Below, one piece after another: positions 42,669 through 54,068 of a stretch of DNA of 64,000 nucleotides. The DNA is from an uncultured Chlorobiaceae bacterium (GTDB taxonomy: Bacteria; Bacteroidota; Chlorobiia; Chlorobiales; Chlorobiaceae). A model generated the notes under the pieces. The model saw only the letters and a list, made by a program, of their open reading frames with translations, was not told the origin of the DNA and made no database searches. The stretch spans positions 1,042 through 65,041 of the forward strand of contig CAIPYV010000009.1 in assembly GCA_903869365.1 (NCBI GenBank), given 5' to 3'. A program made the position numbers and the translations under genes. Numbering within the stretch: position 1 is the first letter of the stretch; the number at the start of each line of letters is the position of its first letter.

Positions 42669-42743
42669 TGGCTCCGCGGGAAGGACTCGAACCTACAACC
42701 CTGCGATTAACAGTCGCATGCTCTACCATTGAGCTACCGCGGA
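42669..42743 (-). tRNA. tRNA-Asn (GTT), CCA encoded
   Basis: TCCGCGGTAGCTCAATGGTAGAGCATGCGACT-GTT-AATCGCAGGGTTGTAGGTTCGAGTCCTTCCCGCGGAGCCA cloverleaf. Confidence 0.97.
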
Positions 42744-42915
42744 ATATGCTATCAGCATTATTTCTGCTGATGGGCTGATAATATAAAACGGTTTTTTTTA
42801 AATACAAACCCTCTTTTGCTTTTTTTTGATTTATGTTAAGAGTTGTAGCTTCAACCATTTTCATTTTCCATAATAATTTTTGTACATTGGTGTTCTTTTA
42901 CTGAAAAGAGGGTAT

Positions 42916-43443
42916 ATGCATAAAGAAAAATCGCACATAGCGATCCGGATTGCGGATCTTATGCAGGGAATCCATGAGTTTGATTTTACCTGCAATGCCT
43001 CGGATTTTGAAGGCTGGCAGTTACATGAGGCTGGTTTTACCCGGGATATAACGATCAGTGTCATTGTTGATAAAAGTGAAAAAGAACTCACTGTCACGAT
43101 TAAAACATGCACTGTGGCAGATTTCGCCTGTGATATTTGCCTTGCGCCGATAGCAAGGACTCTTTCCGGATCGCTCAAGCTCCATTATTTATCAGGTGTA
43201 CCTGTTGAAGAGGCTCAAGACTGGGATGAAGAGTACCGTTTCCTCGGCAATAAGGACGAATCCATAGATCTTACTGGCGATGTTTGCGAAACACTGCTGC
43301 TCTCGCTACCATTGAAGGTAGCCTGTACTGATAATGCGGATTGCAAGCTTTTTGGACGTAATGAAAAAAATGAAGGGTTTCATGCCGATGAGATAAGTTC
43401 CTGGCAGGAGTCTCTTAAACAGCTGAAATACAAGTATCGTTAA
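42916..43443 (+). CDS. yceD: DUF177/YceD family protein (start MHKEK)
   Basis: CDICL and IDLTGDVCETLLLSLPLKVAC motifs; directly upstream of rpmF. Confidence 0.85.
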   Translation: MHKEKSHIAIRIADLMQGIHEFDFTCNASDFEGWQLHEAGFTRDITISVIVDKSEKELTVTIKTCTVADFACDICLAPIARTLSGSLKLHYLSGVPVEEAQDWDEEYRFLGNKDESIDLTGDVCETLLLSLPLKVACTDNADCKLFGRNEKNEGFHADEISSWQESLKQLKYKYR

Positions 43444-43468
43444 CCGACTATAAATAAAGAGTACCGCT

Positions 43469-43660
43469 ATGGCCAATCCTAAAGCCAAAATGTCTAAATC
43501 CAGACGGGATAAAAGACGAGCCCAGTTCATTGCCCGTACCAAGCCGGCGACCACTGTCAACTGCCCTAACTGCGGTGAACCAACCCTTCCGCACCGTGCC
43601 TGTCGCCATTGCGGACACTACCGCGGCAGATGTGTTGTCAATAAATTAGCAAAGAGCTGA
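43469..43660 (+). CDS. rpmF: 50S ribosomal protein L32
   Basis: [17 protein letters not shown]; [17 protein letters not shown]. Confidence 0.98.
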   Translation: MANPKAKMSKSRRDKRRAQFIARTKPATTVNCPNCGEPTLPHRACRHCGHYRGRCVVNKLAKS

Positions 43661-43687
43661 TAACCCTAACAAGACTAAAACCCCATC

Positions 43688-44713
43688 ATGTTGACCATTG
43701 TTGTTGACGCCATGGGCGGAGATAACGCTCCTGCCTGTGTGATAGAGGGAACGATTCAAGCTCTGCAGGAAAGCAGTAACAGGTTTGAGATCGTGCTTAT
43801 CGGCCAATCGGAAAAAGTTGCACCACTGCTTGCCGCGCATGATATCGGTATGCTCAATCTTAAGTTTCTGCACGCCCCTGAAGTTGTGACAATGGAGGAC
43901 ATTCCAGCCACTGCGGTCAAAACGAAACAAAACTCATCGCTTGTCAAAGGGTTGCAACTCTGCAAGTCGAAACAGGCACAGGCCTTCGTCAGCGCAGGCA
44001 ATACCGGTGCACAGATGGCTGCCTCCCTCTTTGTCCTCGGTCGCATTCCCGGTGTCCTGCGCCCGACCATTTATGCTTATTTCCCAAGGTTAGGGGAAGG
44101 GCTGACCAATATTGTCGATGTAGGGGCAAATGTTGACTGCAAACCGGAAAACCTTGTCCAGTTTGCAGAAATGCTGACTATCTATCAGCGCTATGGCGCA
44201 GGAATAGACAAACCGCTTACGGGACTGCTCAATATCGGAGAGGAAGAGGGGAAAGGGTCTGAAATGCTCAAACAGGCATTCAGGCTTCTGAAAGAGGCGG
44301 ACAGCAAAGGAAAAATAACCTTCATTGGAAACATTGAGGGGCATGACATTCTGAAAGGACGGGCAAGCATAGTCGTTTGCGACGGTCTTGTCGGCAATAC
44401 CATCCTGAAATTCGGTGAAAGCATCCCTGAGTTTCTTGGAACCCTGTTCAAACAGTCACTCGATAAATTTATTGCCTCAGCTCAGATGGACCAATCGACC
44501 GCAACGCTAACAACCAATATGTTCAAGGGGATGCTGGAACCATTTGATGTCGAAAAATTCGGCGGTGTTCCTTTTCTTGGAGTTGACGGCATCTCTATTG
44601 TCGGCCATGGCAGATCTTCTTCCAGGGCGATTAAAAACATGATCTATATGGCAGAACATATGATCGAAAGACGAGTCAACGAACATATCGCGGATGTTCT
44701 TTCCGAAAAGTAA
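43688..44713 (+). CDS. plsX: Phosphate acyltransferase PlsX
   Basis: [36 protein letters not shown] and VCDG motifs. Confidence 0.97.
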   Translation: MLTIVVDAMGGDNAPACVIEGTIQALQESSNRFEIVLIGQSEKVAPLLAAHDIGMLNLKFLHAPEVVTMEDIPATAVKTKQNSSLVKGLQLCKSKQAQAFVSAGNTGAQMAASLFVLGRIPGVLRPTIYAYFPRLGEGLTNIVDVGANVDCKPENLVQFAEMLTIYQRYGAGIDKPLTGLLNIGEEEGKGSEMLKQAFRLLKEADSKGKITFIGNIEGHDILKGRASIVVCDGLVGNTILKFGESIPEFLGTLFKQSLDKFIASAQMDQSTATLTTNMFKGMLEPFDVEKFGGVPFLGVDGISIVGHGRSSSRAIKNMIYMAEHMIERRVNEHIADVLSEK

Positions 44714-44809
44714 TATCGTTCTCTCTGCACCACTCTGCAACTGAGTTATTACAACAAAGCTGCGGGGCATTTTTTTTCTTATCCTGCATGAAATAACGGC
44801 CAACAACGC

Positions 44810-45799
44810 ATGAAAGCTGCAATTACAACTACAGCCAAATATTTACCTGACACTATTCTGAGCAATCAAGATCTGGAACTCATGCTCGAAACCAACGATG
44901 AGTGGATTCGATCGAGAACAGGTATCAGTGAACGAAGGATACTCAAGGATCCGGACAAAGCAACATCATACATGTGTGGAGAAGTTGCTCGCCAGCTTCT
45001 TGAAAAAAGGCAGATTGGAGCCGATGAGATTGACTTGATCATTGTTGCCACCATGACTCCTGATATGCTCTTTCCGTCCACAGCATGTCTTGTACAGAGC
45101 ATCATCGGCGCCACAAAAGCATGGGCATTCGATCTTAATGCCGCCTGCTCCGGTTTTATCTTTGCACTGAACGCAGCTGCACGCTTTATAGAGTGCGGAG
45201 CCCATAAGAAAGTCATGGTTATCGGCGCAGACAAGATGTCATCGGTTATTGATTATACCGATCGCTCAACAGCCATTCTTTTCGGAGACGGCGCTGGTGG
45301 TGTCATTCTTGAACCTGCAAAGGAGGAGGGATTCGGCATTCTTGATACGCGCATGTATTCCGATGGAGAGAACGGCAAGCATCACCTTCTTATGACTGGC
45401 GGCGGGAGCCTTCATCCGGCATCCCATGAAACCGTTGATAAACGAATGCATTACATCTATCAGGACGGTCGTCAGGTTTTCAAGTCGGCCGTCATTTCTA
45501 TGGCCGAGGTATCCGCTGAAATCATGAGCCGCAACAACCTCACGGCTGATACTATCGACTTCCTTGTCCCGCACCAGGCCAATCAGAGAATCATCAACGC
45601 CACAGCCGAACGAATGGGTATTGATGAGACAAAGGTCTACTCTAACGTAGCCCGCTATGGCAACACAACGGCGGGAACCATACCGATCTGCCTTGCTGAA
45701 CTTGACGAACAGCAGAAACTGCACTCCGGCTCAAACCTTGTGCTGGTCAGTTTTGGTGCAGGATATACCTGGGGCGGCATCTACCTTAAATGGCAATAA
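44810..45799 (+). CDS. fabH: 3-oxoacyl-ACP synthase III
   Basis: [26 protein letters not shown] and GNTTAG motifs. Confidence 0.97.
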   Translation: MKAAITTTAKYLPDTILSNQDLELMLETNDEWIRSRTGISERRILKDPDKATSYMCGEVARQLLEKRQIGADEIDLIIVATMTPDMLFPSTACLVQSIIGATKAWAFDLNAACSGFIFALNAAARFIECGAHKKVMVIGADKMSSVIDYTDRSTAILFGDGAGGVILEPAKEEGFGILDTRMYSDGENGKHHLLMTGGGSLHPASHETVDKRMHYIYQDGRQVFKSAVISMAEVSAEIMSRNNLTADTIDFLVPHQANQRIINATAERMGIDETKVYSNVARYGNTTAGTIPICLAELDEQQKLHSGSNLVLVSFGAGYTWGGIYLKWQ

Positions 45800-45833
45800 T
45801 ATCGTTTCACCCTTTATCAGAACGATCGCATTC

Positions 45834-46742
45834 ATGAAAGCATTTGTATTTCCAGGACAGGGCTCACAGTATTGCGGCATGGGCAGGGATATTTTCGAAA
45901 ATTTCCCCGCTGCCCGTGCCATGATGGAGCATGCAAACGAACTCCTCGGTTATTCGATAACCGATATTATGTTTTCGGGCAATGAAGAGGAGTTGCGCCA
46001 GACAAAATATACCCAGCCAGCCATCTTTCTGCACAGTATAGCTATAGCCACTCTGCTCGGCAGCAAGGATATCGCCATGACGGCCGGCCACAGCCTCGGT
46101 GAATACACCGCGCTTTGCTTTGCCGGTTCCATTGGATTTGATGATGCATTGCGTATTGTAGCCAAGCGTGGCGATCTCATGCAGAATGCCGGCACACAGA
46201 ACCCCGGAACCATGGCTGCCATTATCGGTATGCCTGATAGTGCGCTTGAAAGCCTCCTTGCCGAAGCAGGTCAGGAAGGTATCATTCAGGCGGCTAATTT
46301 CAACTCTCCCGGTCAGGTTGTTCTTTCCGGTGATATCGCGGCTGTAAAAAAGGCTGTTGAACTTGCGCCTTCCAAAGGCTCCCGCATGGCAAAAGAGCTG
46401 GTTGTTTCCGGTGCATTCCATTCGCCGCTCATGAAGCCCGCAGAGCAGGAACTTTCAGCAGCTCTTGATCACATTGACATACAGCCGGCGGCAATACCTG
46501 TTTGCATGAACGCCACAGCCCAACCCGTCACCAGCGCTGCTGAAATACGAAAAAACCTTATTCTGCAGCTTACCAGTTCTGTTCTCTGGGCCCAGTCCAT
46601 AGAAGTAATGGTGCAAAGCGGTATTTCAGAATTTATTGAAATCGGGCCTCAAAAAGTTTTACAGGGCCTGATTAAACGGATCGATAAAACAGTCACGACC
46701 CGAGGCTTCGACACGGCACGGGACATTCAACCGCATATTTGA
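45834..46742 (+). CDS. fabD: Malonyl-CoA:ACP transacylase (start MKAFVF)
   Basis: FPGQGSQ, TQPAI, GHSLGEY and VSGAFHS motifs. Confidence 0.97.
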   Translation: MKAFVFPGQGSQYCGMGRDIFENFPAARAMMEHANELLGYSITDIMFSGNEEELRQTKYTQPAIFLHSIAIATLLGSKDIAMTAGHSLGEYTALCFAGSIGFDDALRIVAKRGDLMQNAGTQNPGTMAAIIGMPDSALESLLAEAGQEGIIQAANFNSPGQVVLSGDIAAVKKAVELAPSKGSRMAKELVVSGAFHSPLMKPAEQELSAALDHIDIQPAAIPVCMNATAQPVTSAAEIRKNLILQLTSSVLWAQSIEVMVQSGISEFIEIGPQKVLQGLIKRIDKTVTTRGFDTARDIQPHI

Positions 46743-46783
46743 GAGTCGCTCTATGAGCTCATTAACATCAACCGAAAGAAACT

Positions 46784-47521
46784 ATGTTTGAAGGAAAAAT
46801 TGCAGTTGTAACCGGAGCTGCCAGAGGAATCGGGCAAGCTATCGCTTTTAATCTGGCATCTCAGGGTGCAGATGTTGTCCTTTGTGACATCAAGGCTGAA
46901 TGGCTTGAAGAAACCGCAGAAGGGGTTAAAAAGCTCGGCAGAAAAGTCTTCTGCTATGAACTTGACGTCACCAATACAGAAGCTGTACAAAGAGTTTTCG
47001 CCGCCATTGCTGCGGAAACCGGCAGAATTGATATTCTCATCAACAATGCTGGCATAACTCGCGATGGCCTCCTGATGAGAATGAGCGAAGAGGACTGGGA
47101 TGCCGTTCTTACGGTCAATCTGAAAGGAACATTTGCCTGCACCAAAGCAGTCAGCCGTATCATGATGAAACAGCGTTCGGGCGCTATCGTTAATATCGCT
47201 TCTGTTATCGGCATCATGGGAAACGCCGGACAGGCCAACTATGCCGCGTCAAAAGGCGGAGTCATCGCCTTCACAAAATCGATCGCCAAAGAGCTTGCAT
47301 CCCGCAACATCAGAGTAAATGCCGTAGCACCGGGATTCATCGCTTCTAAAATGACTGATGCACTCTCTGAAGAGGTGAAACAGAAAATGCTTGATGTTAT
47401 TCCCCTTGCCCGCTTCGGCCAGCCTGACGATGTAGCAAATGTAGTATCATTCCTTGCCAGTGACCAGTCAGCCTATATTACAGGCGTTGTCATCAACATC
47501 AGCGGTGGCATGGTCATGTGA
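46784..47521 (+). CDS. fabG: 3-oxoacyl-ACP reductase
   Basis: [16 protein letters not shown] and YAASK motifs. Confidence 0.96.
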   Translation: MFEGKIAVVTGAARGIGQAIAFNLASQGADVVLCDIKAEWLEETAEGVKKLGRKVFCYELDVTNTEAVQRVFAAIAAETGRIDILINNAGITRDGLLMRMSEEDWDAVLTVNLKGTFACTKAVSRIMMKQRSGAIVNIASVIGIMGNAGQANYAASKGGVIAFTKSIAKELASRNIRVNAVAPGFIASKMTDALSEEVKQKMLDVIPLARFGQPDDVANVVSFLASDQSAYITGVVINISGGMVM

Positions 47522-47608
47522 TTTGGGCAAGCTTATTTTCTTTGTATATTGACTGACTTTTTCAACTTTTTTTATCAGCAACCAACTATTAATCTGGAGA
47601 ACAAAACA

Positions 47609-47845
47609 ATGACTGAATCACAAATCAAGGACAAAGTTTACGATATTATCGTCAGCAAAATGGGTGTCAACAAAGATCAGATCAAACCGGAATCGAAATT
47701 TTCCGATGATCTCGGTGCAGATTCACTTGATACTGTTGAACTGATTATGGAACTCGAAAACGAGTTTGGAGTGCAGATACCTGATGAAGATGCTGAAAAG
47801 ATCGGCACCGTTCAGCAGGCCATCGATTATATCCTTAAGAAGTAA
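47609..47845 (+). CDS. acpP: Acyl carrier protein (start MTESQ)
   Basis: [17 protein letters not shown] phosphopantetheine motif. Confidence 0.98.
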   Translation: MTESQIKDKVYDIIVSKMGVNKDQIKPESKFSDDLGADSLDTVELIMELENEFGVQIPDEDAEKIGTVQQAIDYILKK

Positions 47846-47889
47846 ATTATATATCACTTATACGCAGGCAAACGTTTAAATCAAAACAG

Positions 47890-49143
47890 ATGGGTCAGGC
47901 GCTCAAAAGAATAGTTGTTACCGGAATAGGTGTGTTATCCCCTATAGGTCTTAATAAAGAAGAACTCTGGGCCGCTCTTTATCAAGGAAAGAGCGGTGCT
48001 GCTCCTATAACCTATTTTGATACAACTGATTTTGCCACAACTTTTGCCTGTGAATTGAAAGGATTTTCGGCTGAAAACTTTATTGACAGAAAATCTGCAG
48101 ACCGAATGGATCCTTATTGTCAGTATGCAGTCATAGCTGCAGATCAGGCACTGAAAGATTCAGGACTGGACCTGAAGGAGATCGATCCGCTCAGAATCGG
48201 AGTTGTTCATGGCTCGGGAATTGGAGGCATGACCACCTACGATAAACAGTTCAGGAACTATCTTGAACGTGGACCGAGACGGATCAGCCCCTTCTTTATT
48301 CCCATGCTTATTCCGGATATTGCTGCCGGCCAGATTTCAATCCGAAACGGACTTATGGGTCCGAACTATGCTACAGCTTCTGCCTGTGCAACTTCGCTGC
48401 ATGCCATCATCGACTCCTATATGCTTATCCAGACAGGAATGGCAGACTATATGGTTGCCGGCGGGTCAGAAGCACCAATCACCCAGTTGAGTGTCGGTGG
48501 TTTCAATGCCGCCAAGGCACTCTCTACTGCAAATGACCGTCCGCAACAGGCATCACGCCCGTACGACCGAGACCGAGACGGTTTTGTGATGGGTGAAGGA
48601 GGCGGATCGTTGATCCTTGAATCACTTGATTCAGCTAAAGCACGCGGAGCAAAAATTTACGGTGAAATTGTCGGAGTCGGAGCAACTGCCGACGCTTATC
48701 ACTTGACAGCACCCCACCCTGAAGGCATAGGTGCGGTCAATGCCATGAGAAATGCACTCGCCTTAGCAGGACTTACTCCTGATAAAATTGATTATATCAA
48801 TACCCACGGTACATCGACGCCGCTGGGTGATATCGCTGAAATTAAAGCCATTAAAACCGTCTTTGGTGATCATGCTTACAAACTGAATATCAGTTCCACC
48901 AAATCAATGACAGGACATCTTCTTGGTGCTGCAGGTGTGGTTGAATCAATAAGCTGTCTGCTTGCGTTGGAGAACCAGACTGTTCCACCGACAATCAACT
49001 GCGATAATCTTGACCCTCAGATTGATGTCGATGTAACACCAAACACACCGAAAAAACGCTCTATAGAGTACGTTCTCAACAATGGCTTCGGGTTTGGCGG
49101 CCATAATGCATCATTGATTTTCAGGAACGGTTCATCGCTCTGA
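47890..49143 (+). CDS. fabF: 3-oxoacyl-ACP synthase II
   Basis: [24 protein letters not shown] and [10 protein letters not shown] motifs. Confidence 0.97.
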   Translation: MGQALKRIVVTGIGVLSPIGLNKEELWAALYQGKSGAAPITYFDTTDFATTFACELKGFSAENFIDRKSADRMDPYCQYAVIAADQALKDSGLDLKEIDPLRIGVVHGSGIGGMTTYDKQFRNYLERGPRRISPFFIPMLIPDIAAGQISIRNGLMGPNYATASACATSLHAIIDSYMLIQTGMADYMVAGGSEAPITQLSVGGFNAAKALSTANDRPQQASRPYDRDRDGFVMGEGGGSLILESLDSAKARGAKIYGEIVGVGATADAYHLTAPHPEGIGAVNAMRNALALAGLTPDKIDYINTHGTSTPLGDIAEIKAIKTVFGDHAYKLNISSTKSMTGHLLGAAGVVESISCLLALENQTVPPTINCDNLDPQIDVDVTPNTPKKRSIEYVLNNGFGFGGHNASLIFRNGSSL

Positions 49144-49160
49144 TAAAACCTTTCCGGCCA

Positions 49161-49982
49161 ATGGAGCAATTCTGGCAAAAAGTCACATCCTTTGCATTTC
49201 CCCGATCAGAGGATAACTCTATACCTTACAAAATCGAGGACAATCATCCTTTGATAACGGCCGGACTGTCTGAAAAAACCATCGACTACCTGCAAAAACT
49301 TGTCAGAGTACCCGGTATCAACCTGCCTCTCTATCTTACCGCGCTGACGCATCGCTCTGTCGTTCATGACCCTGCCACACCAGCTCTTATCGAATCAAAC
49401 CAGCGGCTTGAATTTCTGGGAGACTCAGTGCTTGACCTGTTGATTTCCGAATATCTTTTCAAACGTTTTCCTGAAAACGCAGAAGGTGAGCTTTCAAGCA
49501 ATCGGGCTAAAATAGTCAATCGCAAATCCCTTGCCGGATTTGCCCGAAGCATTGACTTGGGCGAACATCTTCTTATTGGCGATTCGGCTGATGAACTCAA
49601 AATCAGAAGCAGTGAGTCAGCACTTGCAGACGCTTTTGAATCACTGATTGGAGCAATTTATCTTGACAAAGGAATCCAGGAAGCTTCCGACTTTATCAGC
49701 CGCCATATCATAGAGCATGTTGATTTCACGACGATTGTAAGCGCGGAACATAACTATAAAAGCCGTCTCATCGAGTACACACAGTCGAACCACCTCCCAC
49801 CGCCAGTCTACTCAGTAATGACCGAAGCAGGGGCCGAGCATGAGAAAACCTTTACAATAGGGGTAACATGCACTGATTATTTTCTTGGCAAGGGCACTGC
49901 ACAGAGAAAAAAAGATGCAGAACAACTTGCTGCAAAAGAGGCCATGGAACGTCTCGCCACGGAAGATATTGAATGGAGTTGA
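49161..49982 (+). CDS. rnc: Ribonuclease III
   Basis: NQRLEFLGDSVL and LADAFESLIGAIYLD motifs; dsRBD. Confidence 0.97.
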   Translation: MEQFWQKVTSFAFPRSEDNSIPYKIEDNHPLITAGLSEKTIDYLQKLVRVPGINLPLYLTALTHRSVVHDPATPALIESNQRLEFLGDSVLDLLISEYLFKRFPENAEGELSSNRAKIVNRKSLAGFARSIDLGEHLLIGDSADELKIRSSESALADAFESLIGAIYLDKGIQEASDFISRHIIEHVDFTTIVSAEHNYKSRLIEYTQSNHLPPPVYSVMTEAGAEHEKTFTIGVTCTDYFLGKGTAQRKKDAEQLAAKEAMERLATEDIEWS

Positions 49983-50091
49983 AGTAACAGCTTCTTTTTT
50001 TCTGATTGTTTTGAGCTTGTCTCAGCCTTCCTCTATATTGACGTACAGGTTTATTATCACGTAAAAGCCCACTCCTGAAGCAGTAAACACC

Positions 50092-51552
50092 ATGAGAGAA
50101 AAACTTATTTTTGATTTATCAAGAGGCGGACGTAAAGGGTACACCCTCTCCGGTCATGATCTGCCGGAAATTCCTATGGAAACTATTCTGCCCTCAAAGT
50201 TTCTTCGCTCAAAACCCGCTGAACTTCCTGAGGTTTCCGAAAGTGAAGTTGTCCGTCATTTTGTGCGTCTCTCGACCATGAACTACCATGTTGATAAAAA
50301 CATGTACCCTCTGGGAAGCTGCACCATGAAATATAATCCCAAAATAAATGATTATACCTGTGACCTGCCGGGATTCAGCGCACTGCATCCCCTGCAGCCC
50401 TCTGAAACAACACAGGGTGCACTGCAACTCATGTATGAACTTGCTGAAATGCTTCGAGAAATTGCGGGCATGGCAGCAGTAACCCTGCAACCTGCAGCTG
50501 GTGCCCACGGAGAACTAACCGGCATCCTCCTTATAAAAAAGTACCATCAATCAATTGGATCAAAGCGCACAAAGCTTCTTGTCGTTGACTCGGCACATGG
50601 CACCAACCCTGCTTCAGCTGCTCTTGCCGGATACCAAATTATTTCGGTCGCAGGCAACAGTGACGGCCGCACCGATCTTGATGACCTCCGGTCAAAGCTT
50701 GACAGCGATGTTGCCGCACTGATGCTTACCAATCCGAATACCATCGGCCTTTTTGAAAAAGAGATCCTGCAACTCGCAACAATGGTGCATGATAACGGCA
50801 GCCTGCTCTATATGGACGGTGCCAATATGAATGCACTGCTCGGCATTACCCGTCCTGGAGATATGGGTTTCGATGTGGTTCATTACAACCTGCACAAAAC
50901 GTTTGCAACTCCGCATGGCGGCGGTGGCCCTGGCAGTGGCCCGGTCGGCGTCAGCGAGAAACTGATCCCTTTTCTCCCTGTACCGGTCATTGAAAAAAAC
51001 AAGAGCACTGAAGGAACAACTTATTCACTCTGTTACAACCGTCCTGACAGCATCGGCAGGATGATGAATTTTTACGGAAACTTTGCTGTACTGGTCAGGG
51101 CATATACCTATATCCGAATGCTGGGCCCTGAAGGACTGCGCAGGGTTTCTGAAAATGCCATCATCAATGCAAACTACCTGTTAAGCCGCCTGCTGGAACG
51201 CTATGATCTGCCTTATCCTAAACCGGTCATGCACGAATTCTGCCTTTCGGGTGACCGTCAGAAAAAAGCGCACGGCGTCAGAACGCTTGATATCGCAAAA
51301 AGGCTGCTTGACTACGGCTTTCATGCTCCAACCATTTATTTCCCGCTCATTGTCAGCGAAGCAATAATGATAGAGCCTACAGAAACTGAATCAAAAGAGA
51401 CGCTCGATGTTTTTGCCGAAGCCCTGCTCAGTATCGCGGACGAAGCTGAATCAAACCCTGCACTTGTACTTTCAGCTCCTGTAACAACACCGGTCAAACG
51501 ACTTGACGAAGCTCTTGCTTCAAGGCAACTGAACATTTGCTGCTCTTTGTAA
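50092..51552 (+). CDS. gcvPB: Glycine dehydrogenase (decarboxylating) subunit 2
   Basis: [21 protein letters not shown] and [16 protein letters not shown] motifs. Confidence 0.96.
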   Translation: MREKLIFDLSRGGRKGYTLSGHDLPEIPMETILPSKFLRSKPAELPEVSESEVVRHFVRLSTMNYHVDKNMYPLGSCTMKYNPKINDYTCDLPGFSALHPLQPSETTQGALQLMYELAEMLREIAGMAAVTLQPAAGAHGELTGILLIKKYHQSIGSKRTKLLVVDSAHGTNPASAALAGYQIISVAGNSDGRTDLDDLRSKLDSDVAALMLTNPNTIGLFEKEILQLATMVHDNGSLLYMDGANMNALLGITRPGDMGFDVVHYNLHKTFATPHGGGGPGSGPVGVSEKLIPFLPVPVIEKNKSTEGTTYSLCYNRPDSIGRMMNFYGNFAVLVRAYTYIRMLGPEGLRRVSENAIINANYLLSRLLERYDLPYPKPVMHEFCLSGDRQKKAHGVRTLDIAKRLLDYGFHAPTIYFPLIVSEAIMIEPTETESKETLDVFAEALLSIADEAESNPALVLSAPVTTPVKRLDEALASRQLNICCSL

Positions 51553-51640
51553 GAGTCTGTAAAACATTTAACTGAAATTTTACCTAAGCTCATTGTGCAA
51601 GACAAATTCATGCTGTTATACTATAAAGAAACTCGAGGAT

Positions 51641-52153
51641 ATGCTTTTACATCGCACGAAAGTACTTGTACTCAACAGCAGCTATGAACCTTTAAGTATT
51701 TGTGACGCTCAAAAAGCCATTCTTCTGCTCTTTGGAGGCAAAGCCGTGCCGGTCGCCCACCATCCAGAACGAGTCATCTGCACGGTTTCCCGCAGCTACC
51801 CCCTGCCGAGTATTGTTCGATTGACCTTTTTTGTAAGGGTACCCTACAAAAGAATTATACTGAACCGGAAGAACATTCTCATCAGAGACAGTTTCCAGTG
51901 TCAGTATTGCGGGAAAACCGATCACCCCTTAACCATTGATCACATAGTGCCACGCTCCAGAGGCGGGGAATACTCCTGGGAAAACCTGATAACAGCATGC
52001 CCGCGCTGTAATTCAAAAAAAGGAAACAGAACACCTCGCGAAGCTGGAATGCACCCTTTAAAAGAACCGATCAGACCAAATAACCTGATGTTCATGCAGC
52101 AACTGACGGCAGCAGTTTCCGACGAATGGAAACCTTATCTTTATATGAGCTGA
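51641..52153 (+). CDS. HNH endonuclease domain protein (start MLLHRT)
   Basis: [11 protein letters not shown]; [39 protein letters not shown]. Confidence 0.9.
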   Translation: MLLHRTKVLVLNSSYEPLSICDAQKAILLLFGGKAVPVAHHPERVICTVSRSYPLPSIVRLTFFVRVPYKRIILNRKNILIRDSFQCQYCGKTDHPLTIDHIVPRSRGGEYSWENLITACPRCNSKKGNRTPREAGMHPLKEPIRPNNLMFMQQLTAAVSDEWKPYLYMS

Positions 52154-52275
52154 AAAACTTCAGCCTCTTACAAACTGCAGAATTCTCCTTTCTGAGAAAG
52201 ATATTATTTTACTTCACAGTCAAAAACCGAAGGCTTTTCAACAATTGCAGGAATAGCGAAACAATTAACAACCGA

Positions 52276-54027
52276 ATGAATAAAAAATATTCTCTCTTTT
52301 TTCCCGGATTATTCAGCCTTCTGCTCTTCATTCCGGTAGCATTGATCGGGTCTGCTCCAGCAAAACCAGGTACAGAAACATGGACTGCCCAGAAAATTTT
52401 CAATGTTACTGATTCCGGTATCGAAAAGGCCCTGAAAAACCTGACTCTTTCGGAAAAGGTCGGAGAGATGATCATTGCAGAATCCGATGGCCATTACAAC
52501 AGCTATGATGACACCGCCTACAGGAATCTTGACCGACTGGTCATACAAGGTAAAGTCGGTGGCATCATGTTTCTCAAAGGCGATGCCTTCAGCGCTGCCA
52601 TGCTGTCAAACCATTTTCAGGCTCTGGCACCACGACCTCTTCTGATGAGCGCCGATATGGAACGAGGACTGGCCATGAGACTCACCGGAGCTACCGAATT
52701 TCCGCCAAACATGGCCGTTGCTGCAACACAGGACTCTAAAATGGCTGCTACAATGGCACAAGCCATTGCTCAGGAGGCAAAAGCCGTGGGACTTCAACAG
52801 AGCTACGGGCCTACCCTCGACTTGAACATCAACCCCTTGAACCCAATCATCAACACCCGTTCTTTCGGTGATAATCTCCCTTTAACCATTGCATTATCCC
52901 ATGCAGTTATTGAGGGACTCCAGTCAAACGGCATTATTGCAACCGCAAAGCACTTTCCCGGGCACGGTGACGTGAGTGTTGACAGTCATATTTCGCTTCC
53001 TGTGCTCAAAGCAGACCGTCAGCAATTAGATGAGTACGAACTGAAGCCTTTTAAGGCTGCTATAGAACAAGGAGTCATCAGCGTTATGATCGGGCATCTT
53101 GCCGTTCCGAAATTAACCGGCACCATGGAACCTGCCTCAATTTCAAAAGTCATCGTCACCGACCTGCTTCGCAAGGAACTCGGATTTCAGGGTCTGATCA
53201 TTACCGACGCCATGAATATGAAAGCACTCTACAACGGTCAGAATGTACCTGACATTTCCGTTAAAGCCATTCAAGCAGGAAACGATCTGTTGCTCTTTTC
53301 CCCCGACCCCGAACTTGCGCACCGTTCGATTGTCCATGCCGTTGAAAAAGGAGTGATCCCGATAGAGCAGATCAATGACTCCGTCCGAAGAATCCTTCTG
53401 GCAAAACAATGGCTCGACATAGAACACCGTAAGCTGGTCAATCTGAACAGGGGCAAGGATGACGCCAGTCCTGAATCACACAGAGATCTTGCAAAAAAAA
53501 TTGCTGAAGCCTCAATCACGCTGGTGAAGGATGAAAACCACTACATGCCCCTGAAACGAGTATCGTCAGGCAACCTGCTTAATATTATCCTGCAGGATAA
53601 AACAGATCTTGAAGTCGGCAATGGCTATATCAAAAACATCAACAACTTCTATTCAGCCGACCATATCCGGATTGATCCTGCAGCTGACTCTCTTCGTTAT
53701 GCTCAAGCTGTGGAGATGGCATTGAAAGCTCCGGCCGTTCTTGTCACCTCTTATGTTCAGGCGCTCTCCGGTTCAGGAACCCTGAAGCTTACCGAAAAGC
53801 AGCAGGAGTTCATCCACACTTTGGCCAGGATGATGCCGAAAGAAAAGCCACTGATCTTTATTTCGCTCGGAACCCCTTATCTGATCAACTATTTTCCGGA
53901 AATAACGACCTATCTCTGCACCTATTCATCTAAAGAAGCAAGTGAAGAGTCTGTTGTAAAAGCGCTGAAAGGAAAACTTAAACCCCGCGGTATCCTCCCT
54001 GTTTCGCTGCAGGGGAATTCCCGCTGA
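52276..54027 (+). CDS. GH3 beta-N-acetylhexosaminidase, exported (start MNKKYS)
   Basis: ADMERG, RSFGD, AKHFPGHGDVSVDSH (NagZ-type His/Asp) and IITDAMNM motifs. Confidence 0.9.
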   Translation: MNKKYSLFFPGLFSLLLFIPVALIGSAPAKPGTETWTAQKIFNVTDSGIEKALKNLTLSEKVGEMIIAESDGHYNSYDDTAYRNLDRLVIQGKVGGIMFLKGDAFSAAMLSNHFQALAPRPLLMSADMERGLAMRLTGATEFPPNMAVAATQDSKMAATMAQAIAQEAKAVGLQQSYGPTLDLNINPLNPIINTRSFGDNLPLTIALSHAVIEGLQSNGIIATAKHFPGHGDVSVDSHISLPVLKADRQQLDEYELKPFKAAIEQGVISVMIGHLAVPKLTGTMEPASISKVIVTDLLRKELGFQGLIITDAMNMKALYNGQNVPDISVKAIQAGNDLLLFSPDPELAHRSIVHAVEKGVIPIEQINDSVRRILLAKQWLDIEHRKLVNLNRGKDDASPESHRDLAKKIAEASITLVKDENHYMPLKRVSSGNLLNIILQDKTDLEVGNGYIKNINNFYSADHIRIDPAADSLRYAQAVEMALKAPAVLVTSYVQALSGSGTLKLTEKQQEFIHTLARMMPKEKPLIFISLGTPYLINYFPEITTYLCTYSSKEASEESVVKALKGKLKPRGILPVSLQGNSR

Positions 54028-54068
54028 ACAGAACTACTTGACCAACAACCCTTTATCAGTTTTGGATT

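Noticed and set aside
42420-42743. tRNA-Asn as an integration site
   Set aside because: The 3' end is followed by its own terminator and then the leuA leader; I saw no duplicated tRNA 3' end or integrase in the window
49983-50091. Glycine riboswitch before gcvPB
   Set aside because: The region is about 110 nt with no aptamer motifs visible
51641-52153. HNH gene as a homing endonuclease or mobile element
   Set aside because: No intron/intein context or flanking repeats; it resembles the stand-alone HNH type with the VLVLNxSYEPL N-terminus embedded in housekeeping runs
22722-52275. Longest-ORF starts in the track (25793, 28718, 45657, 47549, 52126, 35426 and others)
   Set aside because: They overlap upstream genes or add non-homologous N-termini; downstream ATGs with better context were used instead
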